Shown here piece by piece: positions 1-9,626 of a DNA stretch of 22,589 nucleotides. The translations under genes and the position numbers were made by a program. The stretch is from Malacoraja senta (taxonomy: Eukaryota): the NCBI GenBank assembly GCA_038087875.1, contig JAXLNO010000550.1, positions 62,001-84,589 on the forward strand. Direction: 5' to 3'. Every line of letters begins with the position of its first letter. The first letter of the stretch is position 1. The notes below the pieces were generated by a model that was given only the letters and a program-made list of their open reading frames with translations, was not told the DNA's origin and did no database searches.

Positions 1-48
1 CGCAAGCGCTGTAAGGCAGCAACTCTACCGCTGGCCACCGTGCCGCCC
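1..48 (-). mobile_element. tRNA-derived SINE, 5' head (cut by the window edge)
   Basis: CGCAAGCGCTGTAAGGCAGCAACTCTACCGCT..CCACCGTGCCGCCC is nearly identical to the end of the SINE at 7243-7292. Confidence 0.85.
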
Positions 49-419
49 GTTGACTAATGTTAGAAGAATCTTTGGCTGGTTGCCCATTTATCACAAGACT
101 AGTTTGCATTGAGGTCGAGCATTTTGTTTCTCTCTCTCTGATCACTCCTCCCCTTAAAGTAATTTCATTTACACACCAATTTTTAGTATGGATTACTTCA
201 GGTATTTTGTACATTCAGTTGAGGATTTAGTTGCCTCAATAAAAACAAATGTCACAGCTATCGCTTTGGTATAGTTATAAACCAGGTGAAAAGATTTAAA
301 GCATCTTTACGTTTCACCCAATTTATATTTCCAGTGAAGTCACGGTGAATGAAAAGCAATGAAGACATAAAATGGATTTGATTAATTATCATCCACTTAA
401 TATTAGTGCACATAGTTAA

Positions 420-1041
420 GTTGAGTATAGGAGCAAAGAGGTCCTTCTGCAGTTGTACAGGGCCCTAGTGAGACCACACCTGGAGTATTGTGTGCAGTTT
501 TGGTCCCCTAATTTGAGGAAGGACATTCTTGCTATTGAGGGAGTGCAGCATGGGTTCTCAAGGTTAATTCCCAGGATGGCGGGACTGTCATATGCTGAGA
601 GAATGGAGGGGCTGAGCTTGTACACTCTGGAATTTAGTAGGATGAGGGGATTTTATTGAAACATATAAGATTATTAAGGGTTTTGATACGCTAGAGGCAG
701 GAAACATGTTCCCGATGTTGGGGGAGTCCAGAACCAGGGGCCACAGTTTAAGAATAAGGGGTAAGGCATTTAGAACGGAGATGAGGAAACACTTTTTCAC
801 ACAGAGAGTTGTGAATCTGTGGAATTCTCTGCCTCAGAGGGCAGTGGAGGCCGGTTCTCTTACTTTCAAGAGAGAGCTTGATAGGGCTCTTAAAGATAGC
901 GGAGTCAGGGGATATGGGGAGAAGGCAGGAACGGGGTACTGATTGTGGATGATCAGCCATGATCACATTGAATAGCAGTACTGGCTCGAAGGGCCGAATG
1001 GCCTACTCCTGCACCTATTGCCTATTGTCTGTTGTCTATTG
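420..1041 (+). mobile_element. CR1 LINE 3' fragment (frameshifted ORF2 C-terminus, 3' UTR, CTATTGT-type tail)
   Basis: ORFs 453-659 (LVRPHLEYCVQFWSP) and 706-942 (RTRGHSLRI..FFTQRVVNLWNSLP..GYGEKAGTGY) match the end of the intact CR1 ORF at 9726-12335. Confidence 0.95.
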
Positions 1042-1054
1042 TTAACTTTCGGGT

Positions 1055-1765
1055 TAGTTTATTGTCATATGCACCAGGACGCAATGACATTCCTAGCTCA
1101 CAAGAAGCTGAAAGAGTATTCAATAATGAATAATACAACATTAAAGACAATGCCTTGTACAAAGCAGCAGGAAGGGGATGTGGAAGAGATGATAGGTTCA
1201 GGAATCTAACAGCTGTGAGGAAGAAGCTGTTTTTAAGTTTGGACATGTGAGCTATCAAGCTCCTGCATTTTCTCCCAGAATGTAGCGGAGAGAAAGGAGA
1301 ATGGCCGGGGAGGTAGGCATTCTTGACAATACTTCCAACCTTGCTGCTGCGATGCATGGTGAAGATGGACTCGATGGAAGGAAGTGATGTGTGATGGACT
1401 GGGCTGTGTTGACCATTCTCTGTAGCTTTAAGTAATCCAGAGCGCAGTAGTTGCCACACCAGGTTGAGATGCACCCTGTTAGAATACTTTCTGTAGCACA
1501 TCTTCAGAAATTGGAGAGAACCCTTGTCGATCGAGGCCTGAGAAAGTAAATACATTGACGTGCTTTCTTAATCAATGCATCAGTGTGAAAGAACCAGGTT
1601 AGTTTGCCAGTGCTATGGATGCCTAGAATTTTGAAGCTGCCGACTATCTTTGCAGCAGCTTTGTTGATGGGAACAGAGTTGATTCACCCCCTCCCTTCCA
1701 TGGGTCAACAACCAACCCTTTCATCGTGCTGACATTGAGGGCCCAGTTATTGTCCTGACACCAAT
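1055..1765 (-). mobile_element. Degenerate Rex1/Babar-type LINE 3' fragment
   Basis: Minus-strand peptides WCQDNN..LNVS, SFKILGIH..LTW..HTDALIKKARQ..YFLR and LPSIESI..PGHSPFSPLHSGRK.RSL..KLKNSFF.TAVRFLN resemble Rex1/Babar RT C-termini. The tail has GACAATAAA. Confidence 0.8.
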
Positions 1766-2282
1766 GAATCCTAAGATTTAAGTTCATTGGTAAATGAACC
1801 ACGGGCAAGTTGAGAAAATATTTTTTTGTGTCTGTAGCAAACTGTCATGATCTGGTGTAGCCAGATTGGAGCCATAAATGGAACTGATATATACAGTTAT
1901 AAAAAGAGTATGTTAGAGACCACAGACAAATTGCAGGAGCATGGCACTAATGAGGTGGATTTAATGAACTTTAGAACAATATAAAGGAGTGTGGGGAAAG
2001 TTGTGGTGTGCATTTTACACTTGAAAAAAGATGTTTTAGTAGTGGACACGGATTGAATCCACCAGAGGAGTTGGCAGATCAGAATATTATCCATTTCAAT
2101 GCTATAATGTATGTTTCCCAAGCACAAATTAGATACAACATGACCGAGGATTTCAGGAACACAGTTTGTATCATACGAGCCAAATTGATTATAGTGCAAT
2201 TTAAATCGGGAACTGGAGCACCAGTTAAAAGTTACTTTACAAATTGACACGCGGGAAGAAAGATATCTTAGAAAAATAATGT

Positions 2283-2590
2283 TTTTTTTTTGTTTTTGTT
2301 TTTTTTGTGATATAAATTTTTATTAGAAGCAAACATATTATAATGTAGAGTAACATATTATAATAGGAGAAGAAAACACTTTTCATATACATCAATCACT
2401 CATACATTATTAAATTTGTCAATTGTCAGTTAATTCTGCTTCTAGTGTTTTTTTTTTATATAGATAGAAAAATAAAAATAGAGAGAAAGAAGAATTTCAA
2501 TATCAAAAAAGAAAAAGAGGTGGAATGAATTACTTATAATACGTCATAGGAGATAAGTTCGTAGGTTATGAAATATAATTATATGTTTAG
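2283..2590 (-). mobile_element. Probable poly(A)-tailed retroelement 3' UTR remnant (possibly L1/Tx1-like)
   Basis: A T-rich run at 2283-2306 followed by TTTTTATTAG reads as AATAAA plus poly(A) on the minus strand. The body is AT-rich. Family assignment is inference. Confidence 0.4.
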
Positions 2591-2987
2591 GAGGAAAAAA
2601 CTGCCTTCATGAAACCTGCCCAGATTAATCAATCTCCATTTTCTCTTTAAGAACGCAGTCTGTCAGTTTTCACCACAGACGGCCATTGGAATTGACAAGC
2701 ATTCACTTCTATTGACACTAGTGCAACGATACTCTATTAAGCAATGTAACATACAGGCTTTAGAATTATTAACTGACAGCAAAAAAATAAATCTACAGCT
2801 ATTAAAAAAAAAACTACATTTTTGAAAATCCTATGGGAAAAATAACTTTGTTATTGTGAGTCTGAAACTCTAGCTGCTAACCCCCTTTCTATCAATGATG
2901 CAATTGTTTCTATAATGTGATTTTACATCCTGCGAGATTCGTTAGGAATGCAATGATCACGCTAGCATGGAACTAGCGTGATCATTG

Positions 2988-3239
2988 ACCAGGTTCAGGA
3001 ACAGCTACTTCCCCACAGCCATCAGGCTATTAAACCTGGCTCGGACATAACACTGAACTTTATTAGCCAATACTGTTATTTGCACTTTATCAGTATATTG
3101 ACCATTGTGTATCTATTTATAGAATGCCTTGTAGTAAATGCCAACTATGTTCTGTTGTGCTCAAGCAAAGCAAGAATTTCATTGTCCTACCAGGGACACA
3201 TGACAATAAACTCACTTGACTTGACTTGACTTGACTTGA
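2988..3239 (+). mobile_element. Rex1/Babar-type LINE extreme 3' fragment with (CTTGA)n tail
   Basis: ACCAGGTTCAGGAACAGCTACTTCCCCACAGCCATCAGGCTATTAAAC encodes TRFRNSYFPTAIRLLN. It ends ATGACAATAAA then (CTTGA)5. Confidence 0.8.
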
Positions 3240-3544
3240 ACTATCTGTGCATACAGGTTTTGACGTATACACTTGCATGCTGTGGTTTGTATTTCTCCAC
3301 GAAGCATTGAAGATGGGGGCTGCACATGCGTCACTGCAGTGAGAATCAGAGCACCCATGGGAAGCTTTCAGACCTGCAGCAGTTTGCAGCTGATCCACTC
3401 CAGCTGTTGGAAAGGTGAATGGTGACAGAGAGCAAGTGTGAAATGACCAAAACTGCCTCTTGTGGCCAATGACACCCTGCTAACTGTGATGACAAAGAGC
3501 CTACAAAGTTTAGGTTTCCAGCCATGCTATTCTTAACCTTATAC

Positions 3545-3750
3545 AAAACAAATGTGCTGAAGGAACTCAGTGGGTCAGGCAGCATCTGTGGAGGCTCTGG
3601 GCAGGTGACTTTTCAGATCGGAACACTTCTGAAAAAGTCATGACTCAAAATGTTGCCTATCCATTCCCTCCACAGATGCTGCCCGACCTGTAGAGTTCCT
3701 CCAGCACTCATGGTTGCTCATGATTCCAGCTTCTGTAGTTCCTTATATCT
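3545..3750. mobile_element. Palindromic Penelope pseudo-LTR-derived element
   Basis: Inverted arms 3555-3594 (TGCTGAAGGAACTCAGTGGGTCAGGCAGCATCTGTGGAGG) and 3667-3706. The same motif family occurs at 4601, 19948 and 22315. Confidence 0.7.
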
Positions 3751-3898
3751 CCATTGAGAACCTTCTATCTGATGTTTACCACCGTTCTCAAAGAGCTCTG
3801 CTCTAAGTTTATATTTTGCCTGCTTATATTTGTGATCTATGGCCCAATCCCAATTAAAGTGATACCATATTTACCTCACCTGATAGCTAAAACTTAGG

Positions 3899-4127
3899 TC
3901 GAGTTGGTGAATCCATGGAAATCATTGCCACAGACAGCTGTGGAGGCCAAGACATTGTGTACTTTTAAGGCGGAGATTGATAGGTTCTTGATTAAGAAGG
4001 GCGTCAAAGGTTACGGGGAGAAGGCAGGAGAAAGGGGTTGAGAGGGAAATATAGATCAGCTATATTGAATGGTGGAGTGGACACGATGGGTTGAATGGTC
4101 TAATTCTGCTCCCATGTCTTATGGTTT
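3899..4127 (+). mobile_element. CR1 LINE 3' end fragment
   Basis: GTGAATCCATGGAAATCATTGCCACAG..GGTTACGGGGAGAAGGCAGGA..AATGGTCTAATTCTGCTCC resembles the 3' ends of the other CR1 copies. Confidence 0.85.
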
Positions 4128-4298
4128 TTTGGAGTTCCAGTGTTTCCTGTTTGGACCAAGCCTCATAAATCATCCATGCAAAATATGCTTGAAATTATGC
4201 TGGATGCCTCTCTTAATAGTTTGGGGCACTTACAGCACAAGACACGTTGTGTGCAGGGTGGGGTGATGGTCAGGCATCATGAAGACATCATGAAGGGT

Positions 4299-4592
4299 GA
4301 CATGGTGGCGTATTGGTAGAGCTACTGCCTTACAGCGCCAGAGACCCGGGTTCGACTTTGACTACGGTGCTGTCATCACAGAATTTGTACGTTCTCCCCA
4401 TGGGTTTTCTCCGAGATCTTCGGTTTCCTCCCACACTGCAAGATGTGCATGTTTGTATGTTAATTTGCTTGGTATAAATGTAAACTGTCCCTAGTGTGTG
4501 TAGGATAGTGTTAGTGTGCAGGGATCGTTGGTCGTGCGGACTCGGTGGGCCAAAGGGCCTGTTTCCGCGCTGTATCTCTAAACTAAACTAAA
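4299..4592 (+). mobile_element. tRNA-derived SINE (HE1-like), near full length
   Basis: A-box-like TGGTGGCGTATTGG, B-box GGTTCGACT, central GGTTTCCTCCCACACT, CR1-like tail GGGCCAAAGGGCCTGTTTCC and (CTAAA)n. Confidence 0.9.
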
Positions 4593-4600
4593 AGGACAAG

Positions 4601-4675
4601 TGGGTAGACAAAAGTGCTGGAGAAACTCAGCGGGTGAGGCAGCATCTATGGAGCGAAGGAAATAGGCAACGTTAC
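4601..4675 (-). mobile_element. Short Penelope pseudo-LTR fragment flanked by an 11-bp direct repeat
   Basis: GTAGACAAAAGTGCTGGAGAAACTCAGCGGGTGAGGCAGCATCTATGGAG, with AAAAGGACAAG at 4590-4600 and 4676-4686. Confidence 0.7.
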
Positions 4676-5256
4676 AAAAGGACAAGAGTCCCCTTTGCCC
4701 ACAATTCTCCCCACCATCTCTGCAGCTGCTCTGGAGAGACATTTCGCAAGGATCTGCTCTGCTGCCCTTGCATTGTAGCAGCAGCAGTGCAGCAACTCTG
4801 ATCTCAGCAGGCAGATTCTGAGAGGAGCCATGCAGATACATTTTAATGCATGATGAAAAGTGGAGAAACCACCCCTGCGATTTGTTAACGTTTTTCACAA
4901 ATATCCAGTTTTTTGCACATTGTCCCATGGGATTGAAGTGCTAAGCACAGCGCCCGTTTTGTACACCAGTCTCTAGGGAATACATCTTTGGATGTCTCTG
5001 TACACATCGGGCCCAAACAATCAAAACACTGTATTCCATGAATTCACTTTACCTAACAATAATGTCGTAACAGCCCCTACAATGTTCAAAATTTAACTGA
5101 ATTTAAAACGCAGATTTCTTTACACTTCATGTATTGATGAACCAAGTATTTAAATATTCCAATTTGAGCCATTGACACACTAGTGCTTCTGAATGTTTTA
5201 CTTGGCATTGCCTTAATCATGGTTGGCTCTCACACTATAGTTTCCCCGTGTTGTTT

Positions 5257-5337
5257 GTTCTCCCTGTGACCTGCGTGGGTTACCTCCGGGTGCTCAGGTT
5301 TCCTTCCGTACTCCAAAGACGTACAGGTTTGTAGGTT
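5257..5337 (+). mobile_element. SINE central fragment abutting the Penelope element
   Basis: GTTCTCCCTGTGACCTGCGTGGGTT..CTCCAAAGACGTACAGGTTTGTAGGTT matches the core of the SINEs at 7682 and 9136. Confidence 0.8.
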
Positions 5338-5344
5338 CAGGAAA

Positions 5345-6640
5345 TAGGACTCCTCCCATTTCCTCCAAATACAAGGCATAGCTATGGGCACGCGCATGGG
5401 CCCCAGCTATGCCTGCCTCTTTGTCGGGTACGTCGAACAATCCTTGTTCGAGACGTACCAGGGCCCCATCCCCGACCTCTACCTCCGCTACATCGACGAT
5501 AGCTTTGGTGCTACCTCCTGCACCCACATACAACTAATTGACTTCATCCACTTCACCACTAACTTCCATCCAGCACCCAAATACACCTGGACCATTTCCG
5601 ACACTTCCCTACCATTTCGTAATCTCACTATCTCCATCGCAGGTGATAGACTCCTGACCGACATCCACTATAAACCCACTGACATCCATGGCTATCTAGA
5701 CCACTCTTCTTCCCATCCTGCTTCCTGTAAGGACTCCATCCCCTACTCCAAATTCCTCCGTCTACGCCGCATCTGCTCCCAGGATGAGGTTCCACACCAG
5801 GGCATTGGAAATGTCCTCATTATTCAGGGAAGGAGGGTTCCCCTCCCCTACTATAGATGAGGCTCTCACCAGGGTCTCTTCCATACCCCGTAACACTGCT
5901 CTCTCTCCCCATCCCCCCACTCGTAACAAGGGCAGAGTCCCCCTAGTCCTCACCTTTCACCCCACTAGCTGTCACATACAACAAATAGTCCTCCGTCATT
6001 TTCGCCACCTCCAACATGACCCCACCACTCGCCACATCTTCCCATCTCCCCCCCCCCCCCCCCCGTCTGCTTTCCGCAAAGCCGCTCCCTCCATAACTCC
6101 CTGATCAATTCTTCCCTTCCCTCCCGCACCACCCCCTCCCCGGGCACTTTCCCTTGCAACCGCAAGAGGTGCTACACCTGTCGCTTTACCTCCCCCCTCG
6201 ACTCCATTCAAGGACCCAAGCAGTCGTTCCAGGTGCGACAGAGGTTCACCTGCATCTCCTCCAACCTCATCTATTGCATCCGCTGCTCTAGATGTCAGCT
6301 GATCTACATCGGTGAGACAAAGCGTAGGCTTGGCGATCGTTTCGCTGAACACCTCCACTCGGTCCGCATTAACCAACCTGACCTCCCGGTGACTCAGCAC
6401 TTCAACTCCCCCTCCCATTCCGAATCTGACCTCTCTGTCCTGGGCCTCCTCCATGGCCAGAGTGAGCACCACCGTAAACTGGAGGAACAGCACCTCATAT
6501 TCCGCTTGGGCAGTCTGCACCCTAGTGGCATAAACATTGAATTCGCCAATTTCCGTTAGCCCTTGCTGTCTCCTCCCCTTCTCAGCTCTCCCTCAGCCCT
6601 CGGGCTCCTCCTCTTCTTTTTTCCCTTTTCCTCTCTTCTC
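5345..6640 (+). mobile_element. Penelope-like element, 5'-truncated, RT plus GIY-YIG endonuclease, frameshifted
   Basis: GIAMGTRMGPSYA, YLRYIDD and HYKPTD RT motifs (5384-5860); VPLVLTFHP (5784-6104); LIYCIRCSRCQLIYIGET..RFAEH..GINIEF GIY-YIG domain (6233-6559). Frameshifts lie near 5790 and 6060-6085. Confidence 0.95.
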
Positions 6641-6654
6641 CCCTAGATTTCTCC

Positions 6655-6951
6655 TACTCCGGGAAAAAGACTGTGATCGTCTATATTATCTATACCCCTC
6701 ATAATTTTATAAACGTCTGTAAAGTAACCCCTCAGTCTCTAGGAAAAATAGTCCCAGCCTACCCATTTTCTCTGCATAATTTGTCCTATTCGTGAATCTA
6801 TTCTGCACCCATTCTAGTTTAATCACATCCTTCCTATAATGTGGTGACCAGAACTGCCCTCATTACTCCAGGCGCAGCCTAACCAACAATTCATACAACA
6901 GCAACATGATGTCCCAATTCCGATACTCAGTGCCTCGGCTGATGAAGGCAA
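6655..6951 (-). mobile_element. Old CR1 fragment (3' part, interrupted by a SINE)
   Basis: GGTGACCAGAACTG..TACTCCAGG..CTAACCAA..ATACTCAGTGCCTCGGCTGATGAAGGC is the reverse complement of the AFI.RG.EY..LVR..LE...QFWSP region. Confidence 0.75.
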
Positions 6952-6964
6952 CGTATAACATATG

Positions 6965-7292
6965 TTTAGTTTCATTTCAGTTTAGAGATACAGCATGGAA
7001 ACAGGCCATTTGGCCCAACGAGTCCGCATCGACCAGCGATCCTCCGCACATTAACACTATCCTACGCACACATGGGACAGTTTACACTTACACCAAGCTA
7101 ATTAACCTACATACCTGTACGTCTTTGGAGTGTGGGAGGAAACCGAAGATCTCGGGAAAAAAACCTCCATGGTCATGGGGAGAACGTACAAATTCCGTAC
7201 AGACAGCACCCGGAGTCGGGATCGAACCCGGGTCTCCGGCGCCGCAAGCGCTGTAAGGCAGCAACTCTATCGCTGCGCCACCATGCCGCCCC
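6965..7292 (-). mobile_element. tRNA-derived SINE, full length
   Basis: The minus strand starts GGGCGGCATGGTGGCGCAGCG, has B-box GGTTCGATCCC and ends GGCCTGTTTCCATGCTGTATCTCTAAACT. Confidence 0.92.
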
Positions 7293-7309
7293 AGGAGAAA
7301 TGTCTACTC

Positions 7310-7600
7310 TATCATTTTATCTACCTATGTTGCCACGTTCAGGGAGCTGTGTACTTGTAACCCAAGGTCTCACTGCTACGTAACACCTTGTCCTGCCCTG
7401 GCTTGTGACTATCACGTTACAGCAGAACTGCTTGCGCTTACTAAACATGACACTTACATTCTCTCAGGTCATTAATATATTTGACAAACAATTAAAGACC
7501 CAACACTGATCCCCGCGGCACACCGATGGTTACAGATCACCAATCATAAAAATATCCCTCCACTCCTCCCTCAGCCTCCGACCACCAAGCTATTATTGCA
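7310..7600 (-). mobile_element. Degenerate CR1 continuation
   Basis: GACCCAACACTGATCCCCGCGGCACACC is the reverse complement of a GVP.GSVLG motif. ACCCAAGGTCTC parallels ACACCCAGGTCTC (~10342) of the intact CR1. Confidence 0.6.
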
Positions 7601-7681
7601 TCTTGATCAGAATCTATTGGCTACAAATGCAAGCATTGATCAAAGGATTTCATAAACTACACATTATTACTCATAGCATTT

Positions 7682-7987
7682 GGGTGGCACAGCAGTAGAG
7701 CTGCTGCCTTACAGCGCCAGAGGCCCGGGTTCGATCCTGACTTCAGGTGCTGTCTGTTCAGACTTTGTACGTTCTCCCCGTGACCTACATGGGTTTTCAC
7801 CGGGATCTTCGGTTTCCTCCCACACTCCAAAGACGCGCAGGTTTGTAGTTTAATTGGCTTGGTATAAATGTTTAAAAAATTGTCCCTAGTGTGTGTGGGG
7901 TAGTGTGAATGTGCAGGGATCGCTGGTCGGCGCGGACTCGGTCGGCTGTATCTCCACGCTGTATCTCTAAACTAAACTGAACTAAAC
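7682..7987 (+). mobile_element. tRNA-derived SINE
   Basis: GGTGGCACAGCAGTAGAGCTGCTGCC, GGTTCGATCC B-box, tail CTGTATCTCTAAACTAAACTGAACTAAAC. Confidence 0.9.
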
Positions 7988-8811
7988 ATTTTACGCCATA
8001 ACTTTCCCCTTGCTGATATTAGCTCGTGGATGCAGCAATATAAATGTAGAAATTGTATCACATAAAGCAGTATTTCATGCCACAGATGGTGAGATGGAAA
8101 TAAATCACAAAACCAGATCAGTACTTCTCTACAATCATATCATGCATTTGCAAAATATATCACGGCTCTCTGTGCTCAGAACTAATGTACCATTAATACT
8201 ACAATTATACAATGTGAACATGCCCTTCAGAAACATAAATTTCAGGATTTGCCCAGGAGTCTGGAATGGCTTTGCTCTCAAGATCTGGATTTGGAACACA
8301 CCAATACCACGAGGTGTCAAATGTTCCAAAGTTTCTTGCAATGTTCCTCCACCATTTCCTGCATTTCATTTGAAGAAATTTGCCAGAGGCCAAATCGTGT
8401 ATGACATAGAGCAAGAACATTAATCCTAGAGATGGAATGGGACCTAGAACCAATCTGCAGGTTGTCATGAGACGACTAAAGGGCAGCTGTTGATTGAGAC
8501 CTGCTGAGTTGGTGAAAGGAATGAGGTGGAACTGGTGTAGAATCAAATTGCAACTAATAACATGCACAATGAAAACACACATTAGCTCCTTTTATGCAGA
8601 GTAAAGATATTCATGGGAAAAGGTTCGAACCCACAGTTGTATTCGTAACAACTTTGCAATCAACACTGACTGAGAGGGGTTTAGTAATTATCAACGGGTG
8701 GCAATATCACATGTGTTATTAATTTATCATCAGACGTATCAAGAATACAAATCCCATCATGGCAAGTTGTAGAATTTTTTACAATGAAGCTCGTTCATTT
8801 GTTTTGTATTC

Positions 8812-8870
8812 GGTATAGACATTGTGGGCCGAAGGGCCAGTTCCTGTGCTGTACTATTCGATTCTATGTT
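8812..8870 (+). mobile_element. Isolated CR1/SINE 3' tail
   Basis: GTGGGCCGAAGGGCCAGTTCCTGTGCTGTACTATTCGATTCTATGTTC. Confidence 0.65.
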
Positions 8871-9135
8871 CCACATTTTGTGAAGTGTTTCTGAGATATG
8901 ATACAATCTATTCTCAGAGGCCGTTTCCAGTGATTTTAGTGAAGGGACTGTCGTGTTTACAGAATTCAGGCCGGGGTAAACCTGTTGCCATTCATGCTTT
9001 GATTCGTTTAAGCCCAGTTCTCAGATTAGTGAATTTCACTGGACTGCAAGACATGGAGATGGTGACCAGGTTTCAACTGCTTCTAATCCAGTTTTCTTTT
9101 TGACAGTAAGAATGAATGGATTTTGTGATCTCCTA

Positions 9136-9466
9136 GGGCGTGCAGCACGGTGGCGCAGCGGTAAAGTTGCTGCTTTACAGCGCTTTCAGCGCCAGAGACG
9201 TGGGTTTGAACCCGACCACGGGTGCTGTCTGACCGGAGTTTGTACGTTCTCCCCGTGACCGCGGGGGCTTTCTCCGAGATCTTCGGTTTCCTCCCACACT
9301 CCAAATACGTACAGGTTTGTAGGTTAATTGGCATCATGTATGTGTGTAGATTGTTCCTAGTGTGTGTAGGATAGTGTTAATGTGCGGGGATCGCTGGTCG
9401 GCGGCGGTGGGCCGAAGGGCCTGTTTCCACGCTGTATCTCTAAAACTATAAAACTAAAACTAAAAA
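9136..9466 (+). mobile_element. tRNA-derived SINE, full length
   Basis: CACGGTGGCGCAGCGG A-box, GGTTTGAACCC B-box-like motif, tail GGGCCGAAGGGCCTGTTTCCACGCTGTATCTCTAAAACT. Confidence 0.92.
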
Positions 9467-9626
9467 ACACCATCATGTAGCGATTTCCCACTCCTGTCTG
9501 ACCCAGCAGATCTTCACCAGAAAGCCCAGAGAAATCCTAGCACTGCCCAGTCAGGTCCTGTCCTCTGGTTTTACACCAGGCTCAGGGAAGTAAGGAAATC
9601 CCCGCGAAAACCTGAGATGCTGATCA

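Noticed and set aside
4299..4375. SINE heads as tRNA genes (also 7682, 9136, 7220-7292)
   Set aside because: They have A/B boxes but continue into SINE body and LINE-like tail, with no complete cloverleaf seen.
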